From assembly GCA_046351535.1 (NCBI GenBank), contig JAXLYG010000005.1, positions 20,163 through 84,162 of the forward strand: 64,000 nt of DNA. Reading direction: 5' to 3'. Shown piece by piece: positions 61,723 through 64,000 of the stretch. Below the pieces are notes generated by a model. It was not told the origin of the DNA. It saw nothing but the letters and a program-made list of their open reading frames with translations, and ran no database searches. Source of the DNA: Polyangiales bacterium (GTDB lineage: Bacteria; Myxococcota_A; Polyangia; Polyangiales; Ga0077539). Position 1 is the first letter of the stretch. Every line of letters begins with the position of its first letter. Both the position numbers and the translations under genes were made by a program.

Positions 61723-63906
61723 TCAGTGCGCCAATCCTGCGCGCAGCGTCTCCAGGGCGCTCCGCCGCGCACCGGATGGCATCTGCGAGATGGCGCGGTC
61801 GAGCTCCTCGACGGCCTGCGAGGGCGCGCCGAGCATCGCCAGCGTCTCGGCCATGCGCACGTGGAGCTCGGGGGCTTCTTCCCCCGTCTCGCGCGCCACG
61901 GAGAGCGCCTCGGTGTAGCGCGAGAGGGCCCTGCGTCCGTCGCGCCGCCGGGCCGCGAGGTCGCCGAGCTTCACGAGCGCGCGAAAGCGCTCGGCCACGG
62001 GCGGAGAGAGCTCGAGGGCCGCAGTGAGGTCCGCCTCGGCGCTCCCCGGATCGCGCTGCGACGCGAGCATCGCGCGCGTGAGATAGAGCCTCGCGAGGAG
62101 CGTGCGCGGCGTCGGATCGCGGGGGTCGAAGCCCACGGCGAGCTCGCCCTCACGGAGCGCGCGGGCGCGGTCTCCCTGCCGCTCCGCGAGCACCATGGCG
62201 CGCGTGTGGGTCACGGCCTCGCGGCGCGACTCGCTCTCGTCGAGGAGGCGCATCCACGCGCCCCCCTGCGAGCTGTCGCGCACGAGCCCCGCGAGCGGCA
62301 GATCATCGACGCGCGCGAGGAGCGCGAACACGTCGTCCGTCGCGTCGCGGTAGAGCAGCGAGGGCGCGCGGAACTCCAGCGAGAGGTCCGACGCGCGCAG
62401 CAGCGGAGCGTCTCCTGCCACGGCGCGCACGCCGCCGACGCCCGCGACGAAGCGCGCGAAGAGGGCGGCCTGGTCGTTCACGCCCGCGACGCGCAGGAGC
62501 CGCGACACCGTGGGGTCCTCCGCGCGACGGAGGAACGTGTCGAGGTCCAACGATCCGTCGCGCAGCCCCACGAGGAGGTAGTCCTGCCCCGGCGTGATCT
62601 CGACCATCGTCGCGCGCGGAAACACCTCGCGGAACGTCGCCACGATCGACGCCACCACCTCGGCGCTCGTGCTGTACGCGTGGAACCACTGCCCGAACGC
62701 GCCCCCCGGTCGCAGCCTCCGCCTCGCCGCTTCGAAGGCCTCGCGCGTGAAGAGGTCGCTCATGCCCGCGACCCACGGGTTCGACGGCTCGCTCACGATC
62801 GCGTCGTACGTGCGAGATGTTCCGCGGAGGTAGTGCGCCGCGTCGGCCCTCACCACGCGCACCCGCGCATCGTCGAGCACGTGGTGGTTGGCGCGCGCGA
62901 AGTCCGTCCTCGCGGCGTCGACAACCGCACCCACGAGCTCCGCCACTTCGACCGAGCGAACCCCCGGAACCGAGCGCGCGGCGTCGGCGGTCATCCCGCT
63001 GCCGAGCCCCACCACGAGCACGTCGCCCGTCGCGCGGGCCATCGCCACGGGGAGGATCCCCACGAGCGTCTGCGTCGTCGCGTCTCCGAGGCTCGTCGCG
63101 TCGACCTTGCCGTTGATCTGCAACAGCACGTTGCCCTCGTCGTCGCGCCGCAGCGCCACGGTGGCCTCGGGGTCGTCGCGTCGCCACGCCAGCCGCCCGA
63201 GCTCCACGTCGCGCGAACCCGCGTACAGAAAGGGCCCGCGCAGCATCGCGGCGGCGTCGCCCCGCAGCGTCACGCGCCCCGCGACGAGCGCCACCACGGC
63301 CGCCGCCACGACCGCCATCGGACGCGAGCGCACCAGCGCCACGGCCACCGCGAGCACCACGCCGACCGAGAGCGCCGCGCGTTCGAAGCCGAGGCCCGGC
63401 ATCACCGCGAAGGTCATCGCGAGCGCACCCGCGACGTTGCCCGCGGCCATCGCGCCGAGCGTGCGCCCGTTGGCCTCTCCGTCGCTCGCGCCCGGCGTCA
63501 GCGCGCGCGCAGCGAACGCCATCGCGGCGCCCACGCACGCGACCACGGGCAGGGCCACCACCACGAGCGCCCCATACGCCGAGAGCCACAGCACGCGCTG
63601 CGACGGAGCACCGTGCGCGAGCAGCCGCTCGGCGAACTCGGGCATCGCCGCGACGAGCGGCGTCGAGAGCACCACGGCGACGACGGCCGCCACCGTGAGC
63701 CATCCGAGGATCACGCGCGCGCCCTTCGCGTCGCAGCGCGAGACGCGACGCAGCGAGGCGAGCTCTCCGATCGCGAGGGCCGTGACGTGCGCCGCGAGGG
63801 CCGCCGCGAAGGCGAACGCGCTCGGACCGAAGGCCAGCGACGACGACCGCGCGAGCAGCACCTGCCACGCCGTCGAGGCCACGCCGAGGCACGCGAGCGC
63901 CACCAC
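61723..63906 (-). CDS. Fused membrane / spermidine-synthase-like / TPR protein (paralogue of 48902..52552)
   Basis: 727 aa from GTG at 63906. The frame stays open to the window edge, but GC3 drops upstream of ~63930. TM-rich N-terminus, then VLVVGLGSGMTA, VEVAELV, IVSEPSNPWVAGMSDLFT, and a C-terminal TPR-like region. Confidence 0.8.
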   Translation of the reverse strand: MVALACLGVASTAWQVLLARSSSLAFGPSAFAFAAALAAHVTALAIGELASLRRVSRCDAKGARVILGWLTVAAVVAVVLSTPLVAAMPEFAERLLAHGAPSQRVLWLSAYGALVVVALPVVACVGAAMAFAARALTPGASDGEANGRTLGAMAAGNVAGALAMTFAVMPGLGFERAALSVGVVLAVAVALVRSRPMAVVAAAVVALVAGRVTLRGDAAAMLRGPFLYAGSRDVELGRLAWRRDDPEATVALRRDDEGNVLLQINGKVDATSLGDATTQTLVGILPVAMARATGDVLVVGLGSGMTADAARSVPGVRSVEVAELVGAVVDAARTDFARANHHVLDDARVRVVRADAAHYLRGTSRTYDAIVSEPSNPWVAGMSDLFTREAFEAARRRLRPGGAFGQWFHAYSTSAEVVASIVATFREVFPRATMVEITPGQDYLLVGLRDGSLDLDTFLRRAEDPTVSRLLRVAGVNDQAALFARFVAGVGGVRAVAGDAPLLRASDLSLEFRAPSLLYRDATDDVFALLARVDDLPLAGLVRDSSQGGAWMRLLDESESRREAVTHTRAMVLAERQGDRARALREGELAVGFDPRDPTPRTLLARLYLTRAMLASQRDPGSAEADLTAALELSPPVAERFRALVKLGDLAARRRDGRRALSRYTEALSVARETGEEAPELHVRMAETLAMLGAPSQAVEELDRAISQMPSGARRSALETLRAGLAH

Positions 63907-64000
63907 GACGGCGAGGTCTTCGCGGCCACCATCGGCCTGTTTTTCAGCGCTTTCGAGAGCCTTCGAGACCTGCGCCTCCGCTGCGAAGCGCGACGCCGCG

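Noticed and set aside
1-64000. A search for CRISPR arrays, rRNA/tRNA genes, IS transposases, integrases, toxin-antitoxin pairs or phage modules.
   Set aside because: None was recognised. Intergenic spaces are short, the largest being about 310, 270, 250 and 195 bp. They contain only the features listed above. A tRNA or ncRNA scan by software was not possible.

Overview
This is a very GC-rich, densely coding bacterial chromosome segment; third codon positions are almost all G/C. The gene content looks like Myxococcota: two Hanks-type Ser/Thr kinases (one with a PEGA domain), CarD/CdnL, a sigma-54 enhancer-binding protein with a 7TM sensor kinase, and fused membrane/spermidine-synthase-like/TPR proteins. 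I support about 53 CDSs. I found no rRNA, tRNA, CRISPR array, transposase, integrase or phage genes, and I see no recognisable defence island.

Main blocks:
- 420-11774 (-): a 14-gene, tightly coupled operon resembling aryl-polyene/xanthomonadin type II PKS plus lipid export. It carries a flavin-dependent halogenase but no aryl-activating ligase or ketoreductase.
- 12.9-23.4 kb: kinase, MFS/MarR, WYL regulator, moaB-moeA-moaD, a TetR-SPFH operon and carD.
- 24.6-27.7 kb: cinA-thpR-recA.
- 29.3-41.9 kb: tex, a sigma-54 two-component pair, glnD, a TPR protein and the PEGA kinase.
- 42.0-47.8 kb: three uncharacterised envelope proteins.
- 47.9-63.9 kb: an envelope-related region bounded by two paralogous fused spermidine-synthase-like proteins. 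It contains an orphan CXXXY-type ccmE, a PHP-domain lipoprotein and a processive GT2 synthase.

The most unusual items are:
- a 230-bp near-perfect palindromic, MITE-like or structured-RNA element at 57518-57747, flanked by CTAC direct repeats;
- the halogenase-containing, ligase-less and KR-less APE-like operon;
- the Cys-variant CcmE;
- a roughly 50-codon relic of an FGE/SUMF1 domain coupled to a di-iron ferritin-like gene.

All calls come from reading the translations and the DNA by eye. No database search was run, and the long antisense ORFs in the track are treated as high-GC artefacts.
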